Notes under the pieces: generated by a model
What the model was told of the DNA's origin: nothing
The model's input: the letters and a program-made list of their open reading frames with translations, nothing else
Databases searched by the model: none
Shown: positions 51,350-64,000 of the stretch, one piece after another
How positions within the stretch are numbered: the first letter of the stretch is position 1
How the letters are laid out: each line of letters opens with the position of its first letter
Position numbers and translations under genes: made by a program
Source of the DNA: Heptranchias perlo
Taxonomy: Eukaryota
Length of the DNA stretch: 64,000 nucleotides
Direction of reading: 5' to 3'
Assembly: GCF_035084215.1 (NCBI RefSeq)
Contig: NW_027138407.1
Span: 1,116,001 to 1,180,000 of the forward strand

Positions 51350-51720
51350 CACTTGTGCAGGAGCTGACACTGGGACACACACATGCCGTTCAGTGCCAGA
51401 CGGGAGTGAATCGTTCCCTTTTACTCACTGTGTACTGCACATGTTAAGGAGCTGAAACTGAGACACACACGGGCCGTACAGTACCAGACGTGAGTGAATC
51501 GTTCCCCTTTACCTGCAATTTGCTGTACATGTACAAGTGCTGAACCAGAAAAACACATACGGGCCGCATAGTACCAGACGGAAGCGTATCGTTCCCTTTT
51601 ACCCACTGTGTACTGTACATGTTAAGGAGCTGAAACTGAGTCGCACACGGGCCGTACAGTACCAGACTATAGTGAAATGTTACATCTTGCCCGCTGTCTG
51701 CTGTACATGTACAGGAGCTC
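51350..51720. repeat. ~90-bp tandem repeat, about four copies
   Basis: acacgggccgtacagtaccagacg..aatcgttcccttttac..tgtacatg recurs. Confidence 0.8.
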
Positions 51721-51734
51721 ACACAAATTCATTG

Positions 51735-52360
51735 TTTCTCTCTCTCCATCTCTGTCTCTCTCTCTCTCCCCCTTTCCCTTTCTCTCCTTCTCACGCTATC
51801 ACCTCTTTCTTCCTCTCTCTTTCTCTTTTCTGCTCAACCATTGCTGCTTCTGTCTCTCACGACCTCCCTGTCCCTATCTCTGTCTCTCTTTTTCCCCCTC
51901 CATCTCTCTATGCCCCATCTCGCTCGTCTTTCGCCATCTCTCTCTCTCTCTCTCTCCCTCGCTCTCTCTTTGCTTCTGTCTCTCCCTCTCCATCTCTGCG
52001 TCTCCCTTTCCCTCTTTCTCTCTCTTTCTCTTTTCTGATGATCAAGTACTGCTTCTGTCTCTCTCTTCCCCTGTCCCTATTTCTGTCCCCTCTCTCTTTC
52101 TTTCTCGTTCCCTCATTGCTCTTATCTTCCCCGGCTTTCACCATCTTTCTCTCGCTTTCTCTCTCCCTGCTTTTATCTCTCAACCGCTCTCCCGTCTCTC
52201 TCTCTCTCTCTCTTTCTTTGTCTCCTTCTCTCACTACTCCTATCTCTCACCCTGTCTCTCCCTCTCTCTATCGATCTTTCTATCTCCCACTCTACTCCTA
52301 TCTCTTCACCGGCATCTCCCTTTCTCTATCTTCCTTTCGCTTTCCCTCTCTCTCTGCTGT
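51735..52360. repeat. Polypyrimidine (CT)-rich low-complexity tract
   Basis: Composition; explains the 280-aa and 256-aa Ser/Leu ORFs. Confidence 0.9.
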
Positions 52361-52714
52361 TTCGCTGAATGTTTCTTGATTGAAAAACGTCGTGAAATAT
52401 TTCAGTTTCATCGCATAAAACACACAAAAAAAATCACATTTCTGTAGCATTTTAGATATATGAAAGATTCAATTAGGGGATAGAAATCTGTCAGGTAGAT
52501 CTCAACCTAAAAGATGTGAGTGACCTCTCAACCTCAAAGATTTTCTGATGCGATCAGAGACTTTACCCAATAAACCATCAGAGAATCAGCAAAGACCAGG
52601 GAATCGGGGCCTTTTAAATATCCCATAAAATTAATTTGCATAGTCACAAACGTTAAATCTTGAATGGTCCAGCAGAATTCGAGAGCATTATAGAACGCAA
52701 TCGCGGGTGGCTGC

Positions 52715-53245
52715 TGAGTTTCACTGGGGGAGGTGGAGGGATGTTTCAGTTGGGATGTTTCATTGTGGGAAGGGGTGGTTTCACTGGGGGGGGGGGAGGA
52801 TTACACGGGGGGAATACATGGGGGAATACACGGTGGGGGAATTACAAGTGGGCAATTACACTGCAGGGGATTACATAGATGGGGATTACACAGGAGTTAA
52901 TACACAACAGAGATTACATAAGGGGGGATTGCAGAGGGGGGTTACACGGGGGGTTTGAAGAGGGGTATTACACGGGGATTACACGGGAGAGATAACACAG
53001 GGGGTATTACACAGGTGGAGATTACACAGGGGGATTAAACAGGTTGGAATTAGACAGGGGGATTACACGTGGCGGATTACTTGGGGGGTATTACACGGGG
53101 GTGATAACACAGAGGGATTACCCGGGGTGAATACACAGGGAGGATTAACGAGGGGGATAACACAGTGGGGATTATACGGTGGAGGGTGGACAAGAGGATT
53201 ACTCAGGAAATTACACAGAGGGGATAATACAGGGGGGAAACAGGG
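52715..53245. repeat. G-rich minisatellite (gggggattacac)n, degenerate
   Basis: Dozens of ~13-15-bp G-run/attacac units. Confidence 0.85.
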
Positions 53246-54789
53246 GACAAAGGAAAGAAAAGAAAACAGCGTGAATGGAAGGAGAGGGAAAGAATGGAAT
53301 GAGAGAGAAAGAAAGGAGGAGAGAGAAAGAAAATAACGATGCGATACTCACGTCTGCTCCCACTCGACAAAATATCGCCTCACAGATCACAGATCGTCGT
53401 CCAACGAGCTCTGCAAATTCTCCTTTGACCCACGGCTTTGTCTGGAGGGGAAAGATCTTGAGCAGGGTCGGCAAACTGGTGCAAGGAAGGGAGGAAGGAA
53501 AGGCCGGAGCTGGATCGAGTCTCACACACACACTCACAGGATGAAGCACGTTCATTGTAGGGAGTCTCACACACACCGTACGACAATCATACTCAGAACA
53601 TTTTTAATACATGCACTGAGACAGAGACAGAGCTTTTAAAGATATACAGACACCCACACTGTCCTACAAGATATTTTAATTACCTGTGCAGTGAGAAAGG
53701 CGTTTAAGGATACACAGATACCCACACCGCCTTACAATACACTTTAGATACCTGTGCAGTGAGGCAGAATATTTAGAGATGGAGGAACATTGACCAACCT
53801 GACTGCAGCAGCACATCCCAGGAGCAGGAGCGAGACGTCGGTGGGTCTGACCTCCCAAAATATAGCAGAGACTTGTCACTCAAAATCCACCCTCCACCCA
53901 GTCCAAAGCCCCTCACCTATCAGGTAACTGCACCCCACGCCTGAGACCCCGCCCTCCCAGGTGTGGGAAAGCCCAACGTGAGACTGTTTGTATCCGGGGG
54001 TGGGGGAGAGGATTGAGTCTTCTGCCATGTGCCAATGTCCCAAATGGTTCCTGTGTGAGGCCTCTCCCGCCTGGGATCTGGGTCTCAGGGCTGCTACCTG
54101 GGAATAACATTTTAACCATTGACCACAGGCAGACACTAGGCTGGTGGACTAAGCGGAACGTCACTCATCTACGCAGGTACATTGCTCAGATCTTTAACCA
54201 TAGGCAGGCATTGAACTAATCCACCGTGGAGGCGGATGGTGGGGGGTGGTATGCGGGTAAGGTGGGCTCACTGTCCTGCTCAGGAACATTGCTGGCATCT
54301 TCCTTTCATTCACTCACTTCCATTGCCATATTTCATAAGTTTCTTTGCTTTATTTTAATCTTCTGTTAATTTTCCTGTTACCTATCTGTTTTTTAACCTC
54401 TCTTTCCGATGATTTTTCCCTAACTGTTCTGCTTTCCCTCTGCTCTTTTATCCCTATCTCCCCATTCCCTATAAAAGCCCAATTTCCCCACCCATTCCCC
54501 TGCCACCTTGTGACAAAGTGCAGTCTGCAGTCTGTGTTTACATGTCCCTGAACTGCAGACAGCGTTAACCTCTCTCTCTCTCTCTCAGTGCCCGTGTGAG
54601 TCACTGTACCTCAGATTGTTTTTAATCCGCCCTCTCGCTGTCCATTTATATTACACAGAACATTGCGGATCCCTTTAACTCACTGCACGGCATGAGAGGG
54701 TCATTCCACAGTGTGGAATAGTCAGCACAACAGTGATCAAACTGCCCCCTTTCTGTGTCCAATATGTTTACAAATACTCACCTAAATCT

Positions 54790-55145
54790 ATGCCCCACTT
54801 TGCTGGCGTCTCTCTGTATCACACACTGTGCTCAGTCTCACCTTTCTCTGTGTCCCTCATTTGGTTTCTGTCTTTATCACTCACTGTACTCAGAATCACC
54901 TTTATCAACCTCCCTCTGTCGGTGTTTCTCTGTATCACTCATTGTACTCAGTCTCACCTTTATCAATCTCCCTCTTTTGGTGTCTCTCTATCACTGTATT
55001 CAGTCTCACCTTTATCAATCTCCATCTGTTGGTGTGTCTCTCTCTCTCTCTGTATCACTGTATTCAGTCTCACCTTTATCTATCTCCCTCTTTTGGTGTC
55101 TCTCTGCATCGCTGTACTCAGTCTCATCGTTATTAATCTCCGTCT
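54790..55145 (-). repeat. ~54-bp minisatellite, inverted homologue of 20355-20620
   Basis: ctctgtatcactgtactcagtctcacctttatcaatctccctcttttggtgt units. Confidence 0.8.
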
Positions 55146-55726
55146 CTTAGGTCGCTCGCTCAAAGAGTAAGACAGACACTGGCCTGATCCTCCGATGGGA
55201 GCCTCACTCATCTGCACAGGTATATTGCTCAGATGTTTAACCATTGAGTACAGACAGGGAATGGGGTAATTCACCGTGGGGAGCCTCACTCACCTGCATC
55301 GTTCTCCTTTAAAAATTCTGATCCGACTGTACAATGTTACTTGTAGGAAATTATCTTTACTTATTAGCCGACATAAACAGTTGCTGTTGATCAACCTTTC
55401 TGAATAAATATGAAAATACTTAAATTTCCTTTTCTTCCCATCCTTATTCAAAAAGCCACCGACCTCTGTTTTCCCCTACACCCCTCCGCACGCCCCCACC
55501 GAAGTACTAAAAATATGAAAAACCGGTTAGGTCTCTTTAAGAGGCTCCATGCTGATCCCCTGGGTCACGGGTCAAAGACTGCACAAACTCGGGCTTTTTG
55601 TCTCTGAGCTGTTGCTGAAGACGGCCGGTGAGCCCTGACCCTGAATCAATTGGAAAAACAGCCAATCACGGGGCTGTGACGTCACAGAAAAGAATAAAGA
55701 CGTCATCCACTGCAGGGCAAACGCTA

Positions 55727-55920
55727 TCGGCCATATTTGTGTGACGTACAGTCGGCCATGTTTGCGTGACGTACAGTCGGTATATTTGCGTGACGTTTAG
55801 TCGGCCATGTTCGCGTGATGTATAGTTGGCCATGTTTGCGTGACGTACTGTTGGCCATCATTGCGTGACGTACATTCAGCCATGTTTGCGTGACGTTCAG
55901 TCGGCCATGTATATGTGACT
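55727..55920. repeat. 25-bp tandem repeat, about 8 copies (tcggccatgtttgcgtgacgtacag)
   Basis: Units start at 55727, 55752, 55777, 55801, 55826, 55851, 55876 and 55901. Confidence 0.92.
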
Positions 55921-56711
55921 TTTCTGTATCATTTTATTCCAGGGTCAAATTGAAACATTTCCAGTCCCCTATTAGCACAGACCTGCAGATCTCTGGGGTT
56001 AATAACAGGATCAATCTGTACAAGGAAAAGTCCGGGATCTGGTTCAGATCTGACAGGTCACAATTTTCAAAAGTTCCCTCACCCGGTGCAGAGCAGTGTC
56101 CAATTATCTTGTCCCTCGTGGGCTTAAGGCCGTGACTATTGATGGAGCTCATTGAGTGTAGAGAGAACTCAGTGATACTGGGGATTGAGACTAAGTTAGA
56201 ATTTGTTCACTTTTCACCTCAATAACGGAGAGAGAGCGAGTGAGAGAGAGAGAGGGAGAAAGTCACTGAGATAAACAGAGAGAGAGACTGAGTTGGAGAG
56301 TGAAAGAGAGAGAAGCAGAAACACAGATAGATTTTGAAAGAGACCGAGTTGGAGAGAGACAGAGACACACACAGACAGAAAGAAAGTGAGGGAGTGAAGG
56401 AGAATCCAAGTCAAACAGAGACAGAGAAAAGCAGAGAAAGAGAGACTTACATAGATGGATCAGCAAAGGGTTTGGATTGAACCAGAAACTCTCGCGACCA
56501 AACGCAACAATTGTTCCCCGACTAACCGTGATTGGTGTACCGCCGGTGTCCTTGCTGATAGACCAGCCAATCCTATCCCTGCGAAACGCCCCTCAGTTTC
56601 CCAATAAGTGAATCTTGCCCCTGATCCGAGTGTACACTTTAATATCAGACTGGAAGGGCCAACATATTGAACACATTCTGCTATTTTCTATCGAACCCTA
56701 TACAGGACACC

Positions 56712-57149
56712 ATGTGCTCCCTGTGTTCCTTACTGATAATAATTGTTTTGCTGCCTGGTGAGTCGATGGTAAAATGGTCAGTGAGTGTTTCTTGGCTTAT
56801 ATTTACTCACAGAGTTTTGACACATTCTATATTTTGTTGCAGGAACCAGTGGCGAAAAATCACTGTCCCAGGATCCGCCTGAATTAACGGTTCAAGAAGG
56901 ACAGATCATAATACTGAACTGCAGTTACTCCACAAGCAATACATTTCCCTACCACTTCTGGTACATCCAGTATCCCGGGGAAGCTCCGAGATATTTACTG
57001 AGGAGATATGGTTCGGGAAAGGGAGAGATGTCTCCAGATTTCTCAGACCGGTTCTCTGCTGATTTGGACGAACGCGAGAAAACGGTTCCTTTAAATGTCA
57101 CCGGGGCTCTTGTCTCAGACTCTGCCGTGTATCACTGTGCACTGAGCCA
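56712..57149 (+). CDS. TCR alpha/delta V segment, intact (leader 56712-56757, V exon 56843-57149); missed by the ORF track
   Basis: MCSLCSLLIIIVLLPG/TSGEKSLSQDPPELTVQEGQIIILNCSYS..FWYIQYPGEAPRYLL..DSAVYHCALS; RSS cacactg + 23 + acaaaaacc at 57150-57188. Confidence 0.93.
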
Positions 57150-58535
57150 CACACTGTTATATGGGCGCATTTAGATCGTACAAAAACCAGCAAACGCCTC
57201 TCACTGAATAAGGCCTGTGACCTGGATTGTAATCCGATAACACAACAGAAACCAAATTAGAAAAATGAACAGATGGATCAGTAAATGCAGTCCGGAAAAT
57301 TTAATTCTCGGTTGGAGCAGAAATGCAGATCAACTGCACTGCTGATCCAACCAATGCCAAACAGGGAGCAGCTGCAGCAATCTCTCCATTAACACAGGGA
57401 AGGAAAGGCGGCTCAGAGAGAGAGCAGCAAACTAAAGGTGTGGGCGGGGCTGCCGCAGCCTCAGAACTGAGGGAATTCAAGATTCTGTTTAAACAGAAAG
57501 TGCGCGGCACCGTTCAGCTGCAATCGGAGCTGATGGAGCGGAAGGGCGTTGGTTGGGTTTGGAGAGGTTAGTTGACAAACTGCTCCTGCCCACTGAGCAA
57601 ATGATGGGGACAAATAGAGTGGGAGAGAAAAGAAGGGATTACACAGCAGCAGAAATAATAAGTGGGTTTAATCATCTTTAATCCAGATCGTTGAGAGACA
57701 ATTGAGTACACGTGATTTTTATATATGATCCATAAACCCTAAATCCATTCAATAACCTCGTTCTAAATCGGATTGAACCGAATCCGCCAGCAGGGGGAGC
57801 CAAACTCATGCATGGTAATTAGACCGTCACGTGATGTAAATACCAAAACCAATTGTGATGGGAGCACGGGATAACGTCACAATCGGGCCGGGCCCCTGCA
57901 GTTTGTGGATGGAACAATAAGCTGAACAGGTCCCGGGTTAACCCTCCCCTTCTCACTCTCCGGCTCGTTCAATTCCCAGTCCCTGTGAGGGATTCAGTCA
58001 GACACGTTTCTAAAAATACTGGCGCCAGTGCTGGACCGTAACTACTGGATTATATTAAACTACACAGGTTAGCAGATTGATGCAAAGGACTTGCGCAGGG
58101 ACTTCATAGAATTACCGATCAGACATATCTATCGTAGACAGTTGGGGAGATGGATGGTTACACACACAGACAGACACAAATTAAGATTGATCCCGTTAAA
58201 CCTTCTATTCTTTTATTTCCCTCTCTTCACGGGCAGACTATGTGCAAATCCATTGGGGTTAATCCCCGTCCAGTTCTCTGTTCTTTTCTTTCACGCAGTC
58301 GTTGCCTTCTGTTATCCCTGATGATGACGATTGCCCAGCCGATCCGTGGGAGGAGCTTTTTTTATGTCACGTGGTCTCTTGTCCACGCCTTCTCTTGAAC
58401 GTGAAGATGACGTTTCCCCAGTTTTTAATTCCAGCTGCACCTTGTGTTTTGCAGTGGGTTATAGACCGACACTTTCTCTCTCATATCAAAGGACGGCTTT
58501 TGACAAGAAAGCGGCGACACAGCTCAGCTCAGGCA

Positions 58536-58994
58536 ATGGCTTTCATGTTAGTGGGTATATATTCGCTGTGCACGCGTTTCCTTTTGTTGCCGGGTGAGTA
58601 TTTTACTTTCGTGGTATGAAAAAATGCACCTTAATCTTTTATTTTCCTACGATTTTATTATTCCATTGATTTGGCTATTGCAGTGGTCCTTGTTAATGGA
58701 AACAGCGTGACACAGACGGTGCCGATATTAAAGCACAAGGAAGGAGAGACAGTGACATTAAACTGCACTTATTCCACAAGCTACGGAAGCTATTACTTGG
58801 ATTGGTACCGACAACATCCACAGAAAGGGCCGGAGTATCTCCTGCAGAGACACAGTAACGGTCAACAATATAAAGCAGATAATCTCGGAGAACGGTTCTC
58901 TTCAGAGCTGAAAGCAACGGACGGATTCACCAGTCTGACCATCTCTGCCTTGGAGCTGACTGATAATGCTGTGTATTACTGTGCCCTGGAACCT
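58536..58994 (+). CDS. TCR alpha/delta V segment, intact (leader 58536-58593, V exon 58684-58994)
   Basis: NSVTQ..VTLNC..WYRQHP..DNAVYYCALEP; consensus RSS cacagtg + 23 + acaaaaacc at 58995-59033. Confidence 0.95.
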
Positions 58995-59499
58995 CACAGT
59001 GACTCAAACTGCAGGCAGCCTCGAACAAAAACCAGCTTCCTGTTTCTACTCAAATGGCACAGCTTCCTCGGGCTGATCCTGACCTCAACGAATTCAAAAC
59101 AATTTGTTGCTGAAGCCTTGGTCATAATCATCTTAGAGAGAGAACCAAAAAACATTATTTACACCAGAACTGAGCAGATCTATTGATTGGAAAAGTGAGA
59201 GAGCGCAGGATGAGTTAGAGAGACTGGTGTCCAGATTAATTCCAATGCATTTTGTCACATCATCCAAGGCAGACGCGAATATAATGTTGAGGAATGGAGT
59301 GTTTCTGGTGAAACATTTAAAAGCTTGTTGTTGTGATCTAGAATGCACTGCCTGACAGGGTGGTGGAACATGATTCAATTGTAGCTTTCGAAAGGAAGTT
59401 GGAAATATACTTGAAAGGGAAAAACATTGCAGGGCCATTGGCAGAGTGGGGTAATTGGATAGTTCTTTCAAAAAGCTGGAACTGGCATGATGGGCCAAA

Positions 59500-60100
59500 G
59501 TCACAAAAACAGCCATAACCCTTTGCTTCCTTCCACTGAGCCAATTATGGATCCAACTCTCCCTTGGATCCCATAAGCTTTTACGTTCGTGATGAGTTTG
59601 CCATGTCAAAAGCCTTGCACCAATCCATGTAGACTACATCAAAAGCACAACCCTCATCGACTCTCCTTGCTATCTCCTTAAAAAATTCAATCAAGTTAGT
59701 CAGACACGACCTTCCATTCACAAATCCATGCTGACTGTCCTTGATTAATCTATACCTTTCTAAATCACGATTTATGCTGTCCCTCAGGTTTTCTTTTCCA
59801 ATAATTTGCCCACCACCGAGGTTAGTCTGACAGGCCTGCAATTATTCGACCTCTCCCTTTCTCCATTTTTCAACAACGGCAGCTGTCCTCCAGCACCACG
59901 CCTGTCGTCAGAGAGGATTAGAAAATGATGGTCAGAGCCTCCGCTATTTCCTCCCTTGCTTCTTTGAACAGCCTGGGATACGTTTCATCCGGGCATGGAG
60001 ATTTATCTACTTTCAAAAATGCTAAACCACTTAATACTCCCTCTCTCACTATATTTATTCCATCTAATATTTCACACTCCTCGTTAACTACAATGTTATT
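59500..60100 (-). mobile_element. CR1 ORF2 fragment
   Basis: DSQHGFVNGRSCLTNLIEFF; VDKSPCPDETYPRLFKEAREEIAEAL. Confidence 0.8.
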
Positions 60101-62429
60101 TCCCGGGAGATAAACACTAAATTGTAGCTCAGTTTCATGTCGGATCCTATCGACTTGTGCACAGTAACTGCTGGCAGTTGCAGGCCGAAAGAGGCTCCTG
60201 GAGAAGGCAGCGCTGTTGTGTATCAATCTGAGCCGAACACCACGACAGTGTGCCCGTCACACACAGATCTCTGTGAATTGTGATCATAAAGTGAACCTGT
60301 GAAGGGATGTCCGGGCTCAGCATTCATGGGGGATAGGGGGAGGGGGAGGGGCGAGACAGCTTATGCGCCAGGGGATCTGCGCGTCATCCTGAATCAGCCC
60401 CTGAAATAGGAACAGAGAATACAAAAAGAGAACAATGTTCTGTGAGATTGGCTCAAATAAGATACTTTAAACCCAGCCAACAGGTGGCGCTGACAGACCG
60501 CTGTTTCCCACCGCCAGTCGTGTTGCGCGAACCATTCGTGTCTGGCATTTTTTTAACATGATGTTTTAAAAAAAATATTTTCGACTTCTCATATTTAAGT
60601 TCATTAATATTATATGGTTAACTTACAGTGTAATAATTTTACACATTAGTTGATTGTAAATGAGCTGGGCACTTCCAGTTGACACTGTTTAGAATTCGTG
60701 AAGTAACTCATCGTTATGACAATTAACTTGGAATGGGTTGGGATTTTCTTATGCTTTCCAGCATCCGCTTTTACCTCCGTATTTGTATCGCAGCTCAGTG
60801 ATGAAGATTTTTGCAGCTGATCTAACAAATCTGCCCTCCCTTTCGTGAGCCTGGGAGTAACAAGGTTTTTCTCTTGATGCAGAGTTATACACATTCCATG
60901 GGGTACATTACTATTGTAGCAATTTCCTTACACATATATTGTATGTGTGTGGTACAGGTGCTAAAGTTAAATAAATGGCATCAACAGGCATTCAATCCGT
61001 TTGACACTGTCAATGTGAGCATCCATTGTAAATGGACTCCACACCCTGGCGGGCATCCCACGTGTTCTCCACTGCATTCCCGGTACATGTTGGGCGTTTA
61101 CACTCACAACTCTCGTTCAAATTCACCTGCAGCTATTTCAACACCACTCATGAAGTATGTATGTTGCCATTTTCCGACCTTATGCACAATACTTTACACT
61201 TTTCAAGATTAACTTTCATCTGCAACAATCGTCTGTTTTATTTTCTCTCTCTCGGGCGGGTGAGTCTACTCAACGGGACCGCGAATGTTTATTTCTCCCA
61301 TGTATTAGTTAGGCCCGGGTGCCTTATACTGTAATATATCTCGCACACTGCACGCCCCAGTCCCCCATCAGAAAGGGAGAGCTCCATCCCCTTTATCTGG
61401 GGCTCGATTTGAACACAGAGTCCCAGGGGCTGAAAGGATTATTTCGGACCTATTGCAAGGACTCGATTCCCCACCGGAGTGAACAGATACCAAGCGCTTT
61501 TCACCGTTTATAAAGTCAAACCAGGCCGAATATCCGGCATATCGGTGAGAAACACATCAGTCGCCTGATTATTGGATGCTGAAGAACAAAGATGACAGAC
61601 GGCCGCCTTTGCCAGGAGCTGGAAAATTAAAACACCGATTACCGAAGCGATCGATGATACAGAACTCACTACCTAGCAGCATTGTGGGAGCACCTTCAGC
61701 ACTCGGACTGCAGCGATTCAAGGCGAAGGCTCACCACCACCTTCTCAAGAGTAACTAGTGATGGGTAATAAATGGCGACCTTGCTATCGACGCCCATATC
61801 GCGAGAATGGGTACAAAAAGCTAAGAGAAACAGCTGGTACAGTATGACAATCAGCACGTGAAATCTTTCTTTGTTTCTGTTATTCGTTCTTTCTTTCACT
61901 CTTTCTTTCATTTTTACTCCATCGATTCTCGTTCTTTCTGTATTTCATTATTTCTCTCCTCTCTCCCACTTTTTCTTTCTCGTTTTCTCGTCTTCATCAC
62001 TTCCGTTCTTCTTTTTGCAATATGAAAAGAAAAATCAATATTTATATTGCACCGCCCGAATATTTCATTTTAACAAGCGGGGTGGAGAAGTGGGGAGGGA
62101 GGGGTGCATAACCAAATAGAAATCCCGCCCAGTGCAATGTCCCTCCTTAATTTGTACCTCTCCTCCTTTAATCTACTGAGCGACATTCTGAATGATGCGG
62201 AGAGGAAGTAGACGAAATACATCTGACGAATCAGCGCTCCTGTTAAAATGTTCTTACCCAATTAATACATTCGGTACATTTTACCAGGAACAGAATTGCA
62301 AGCGATACTTTGTCACCTTCTGTTATATCTTCCTGGCGAACACTTTCTTACTTTACTCAGTGTAACCTGTTGCAACAGGAAATAGAACTGATATTCCAAA
62401 GGGTTGCTGGTGAACATATAATAGAACCC

Positions 62430-62872
62430 ATGTCGTACTGTCATCTCGTTATATTGTGGTTTATGCTCGGTAGGTATGAACATGCCTTATATCTTCTTGT
62501 ATAAATGTGGCGTACATAGATTTTCTAACTCAGTATTGTATTCAACCCAAAGTTAACTTATATTTCAGGGGAGATTCAGGCAAATTCGGTTTCGCAACCT
62601 CAGACCGCGCTCTATGTCACTGAAGGAGATGATGTGAAAATAGACTGCAGCTATACTACAGGCGCCAGTAACCCCGATCTGTACTGGTACCGGTCGCACG
62701 CGAACCAGGCTCCACGTTTTATTTTATACCGAGATAACAGCAGAAAAGAAGAGGCTGATTTTGCCAAGGGAAGATTCGAGGCCGGCCAAACCAATGCAGG
62801 AAAGATGTTTCCTTTAAGGATCACTCGAACGGAAATCCAGGACACCGCCGTATATTTCTGCGGGCTGAGCAG
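62430..62872 (+). CDS. TCR alpha/delta V segment, intact (leader 62430-62469, V exon 62569-62872)
   Basis: MSYCHLVILWFMLG/EIQANSVSQPQ..VKIDC..WYRSH..DTAVYFCGLS; RSS cacagtg + 23 + acaaaaacc at 62873-62911. Confidence 0.94.
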
Positions 62873-62976
62873 CACAGTGTTTTAAAACTCATCTGCCGCT
62901 GTACAAAAACCCCAGTGTTATAAAACTGCTGCAGACGGCGCCTCCAGTTCTTGGGAGCGCACACTTCTCAATTGGT

Positions 62977-63420
62977 GTCAGCCGTTGTTCAGTGGTAGCA
63001 TTTCCGCCTCTGAGTCAGAAGGATGTGGATTCAACTCCCTCCCCAGAGACTTGAGACCTATAATCGAGGCTGACGCACCCAGTGCAGTACTGAGGGAGCG
63101 CTTCACTGTCAGAGGTGCCGTCTTCCGGATGAGACGTGAAACCGAGACCCCTTCTTCCCTCTCAGCTGGATGTAAATGATACCACGGTCACTATTTCAAA
63201 GATTAGCAGGGGAGTTCTGCCCGTTGTCGTGGGCCAATATTTATTCTTCAACCACCACCTCGAAAATGGATTATCACAATGCCGTTTGTGGGAGATTGCA
63301 GTGCACATATTGGCGACCGCGTTTCCTACATTACAACAGTGTCTACAATTCAAAAGTACTTCATTTGGGCGTTTGGGACGTACTGGGATCGTAATAGGCG
63401 CAATATAAATGCAAGCCTGT
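62977..63420 (+). mobile_element. tRNA-derived SINE
   Basis: gtcagccgttgttcagtggtagc..ggattcaactccc head; ggcgcaatataaatgcaag tail. Confidence 0.75.
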
Positions 63421-64000
63421 CTTTCTAATTCTCAGTCAATGTGATGATCAAATTCAAGTTTATTTAATGCCCAGACCCTTAAAGGCTATCTGCTTCTGAG
63501 TATACATTACCCATTCGGTAGAACTGATCCCAGAACAGTTCGCCCTCCCCTTTTAGTTTATTTAGCTTCATTAAAATGCTTCATCTCTCTGCTCCATCTT
63601 CTCTTTAACCACATCCGTCAAAACAAGCCTTTCGATGACCTCGATTCTTCTTTTTTGAAACAAAGGAAAACCGCAGGTTGTCACTGTATTAATTTCCATG
63701 ATTAAATATGTGAATACAACGGAGTTCCTTTTGTTGCTCGTTCATTCAAGGGAAATACGGCAGCATTAGCCTCTTAGGTACCAGTTATTATTATAAGACG
63801 ACAAAAGATGCAGGAAAATATCATTCACACAGAAGGAGGTGCGAATGTGGAATTATCTGCCAGAGATTGTTGTTTACTCAGACTCAATAAGCAGTGTAGA
63901 TGAAAACATAAAATTACAAAGGGATATTGATAGATTAGGTGAATGGGCAAAACTGTTGCAAATGGAATTCAATGTAGATAAATGTGAGGTCATCCACTTT

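Noticed and set aside
51420-51620. cactgtg heptamers in the 90-bp repeat
   Set aside because: No nonamer at 12/23 spacing and no adjacent coding segment.
51537-52447. 280-aa and 256-aa ORFs
   Set aside because: Translations of CT low-complexity sequence.
55727-55920. CRISPR-like appearance of regular repeats (also 3.8-11.9 kb and 51.4 kb)
   Set aside because: Direct tandem units with no unique spacers; eukaryotic context; no cas genes.
60190-60295. Faint V 3'-end/RSS resemblance (SAVVY..gacagtg)
   Set aside because: No Cys, broken CAC and no convincing nonamer.

Overview
Vertebrate genomic DNA, almost certainly from a cartilaginous fish (shark-type repeats, NAR-type V), covering part of a T-cell receptor alpha/delta V array. 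The + strand carries four apparently intact TCR V segments (20.9, 56.7, 58.5 and 62.4 kb), one intact V exon with a stop in its leader (24.6 kb) and several V relics; the intact V exons all have 23-bp-spacer RSSs. Embedded in the array, on the opposite strand (about 43.07-50.6 kb), is a compact, self-contained NAR-TCR-type cluster: leader - NAR-like V (unusual 12-RSS and a D-like tail, suggesting a germline V-D join) - NAR J (23-RSS) - leaderless supporting V-delta - several decayed J plus one intact J-delta - its own C-delta (Ig, connecting-peptide and TM/cytoplasmic exons). All splice junctions are phase 1 and the frames are open. The rest is satellite DNA, CR1- and L2-group LINEs (one with an 879-aa open EN-RT frame), Penelope-like elements, tRNA-derived SINEs and one assembly gap. 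Most of the short ORFs in the track are noise.
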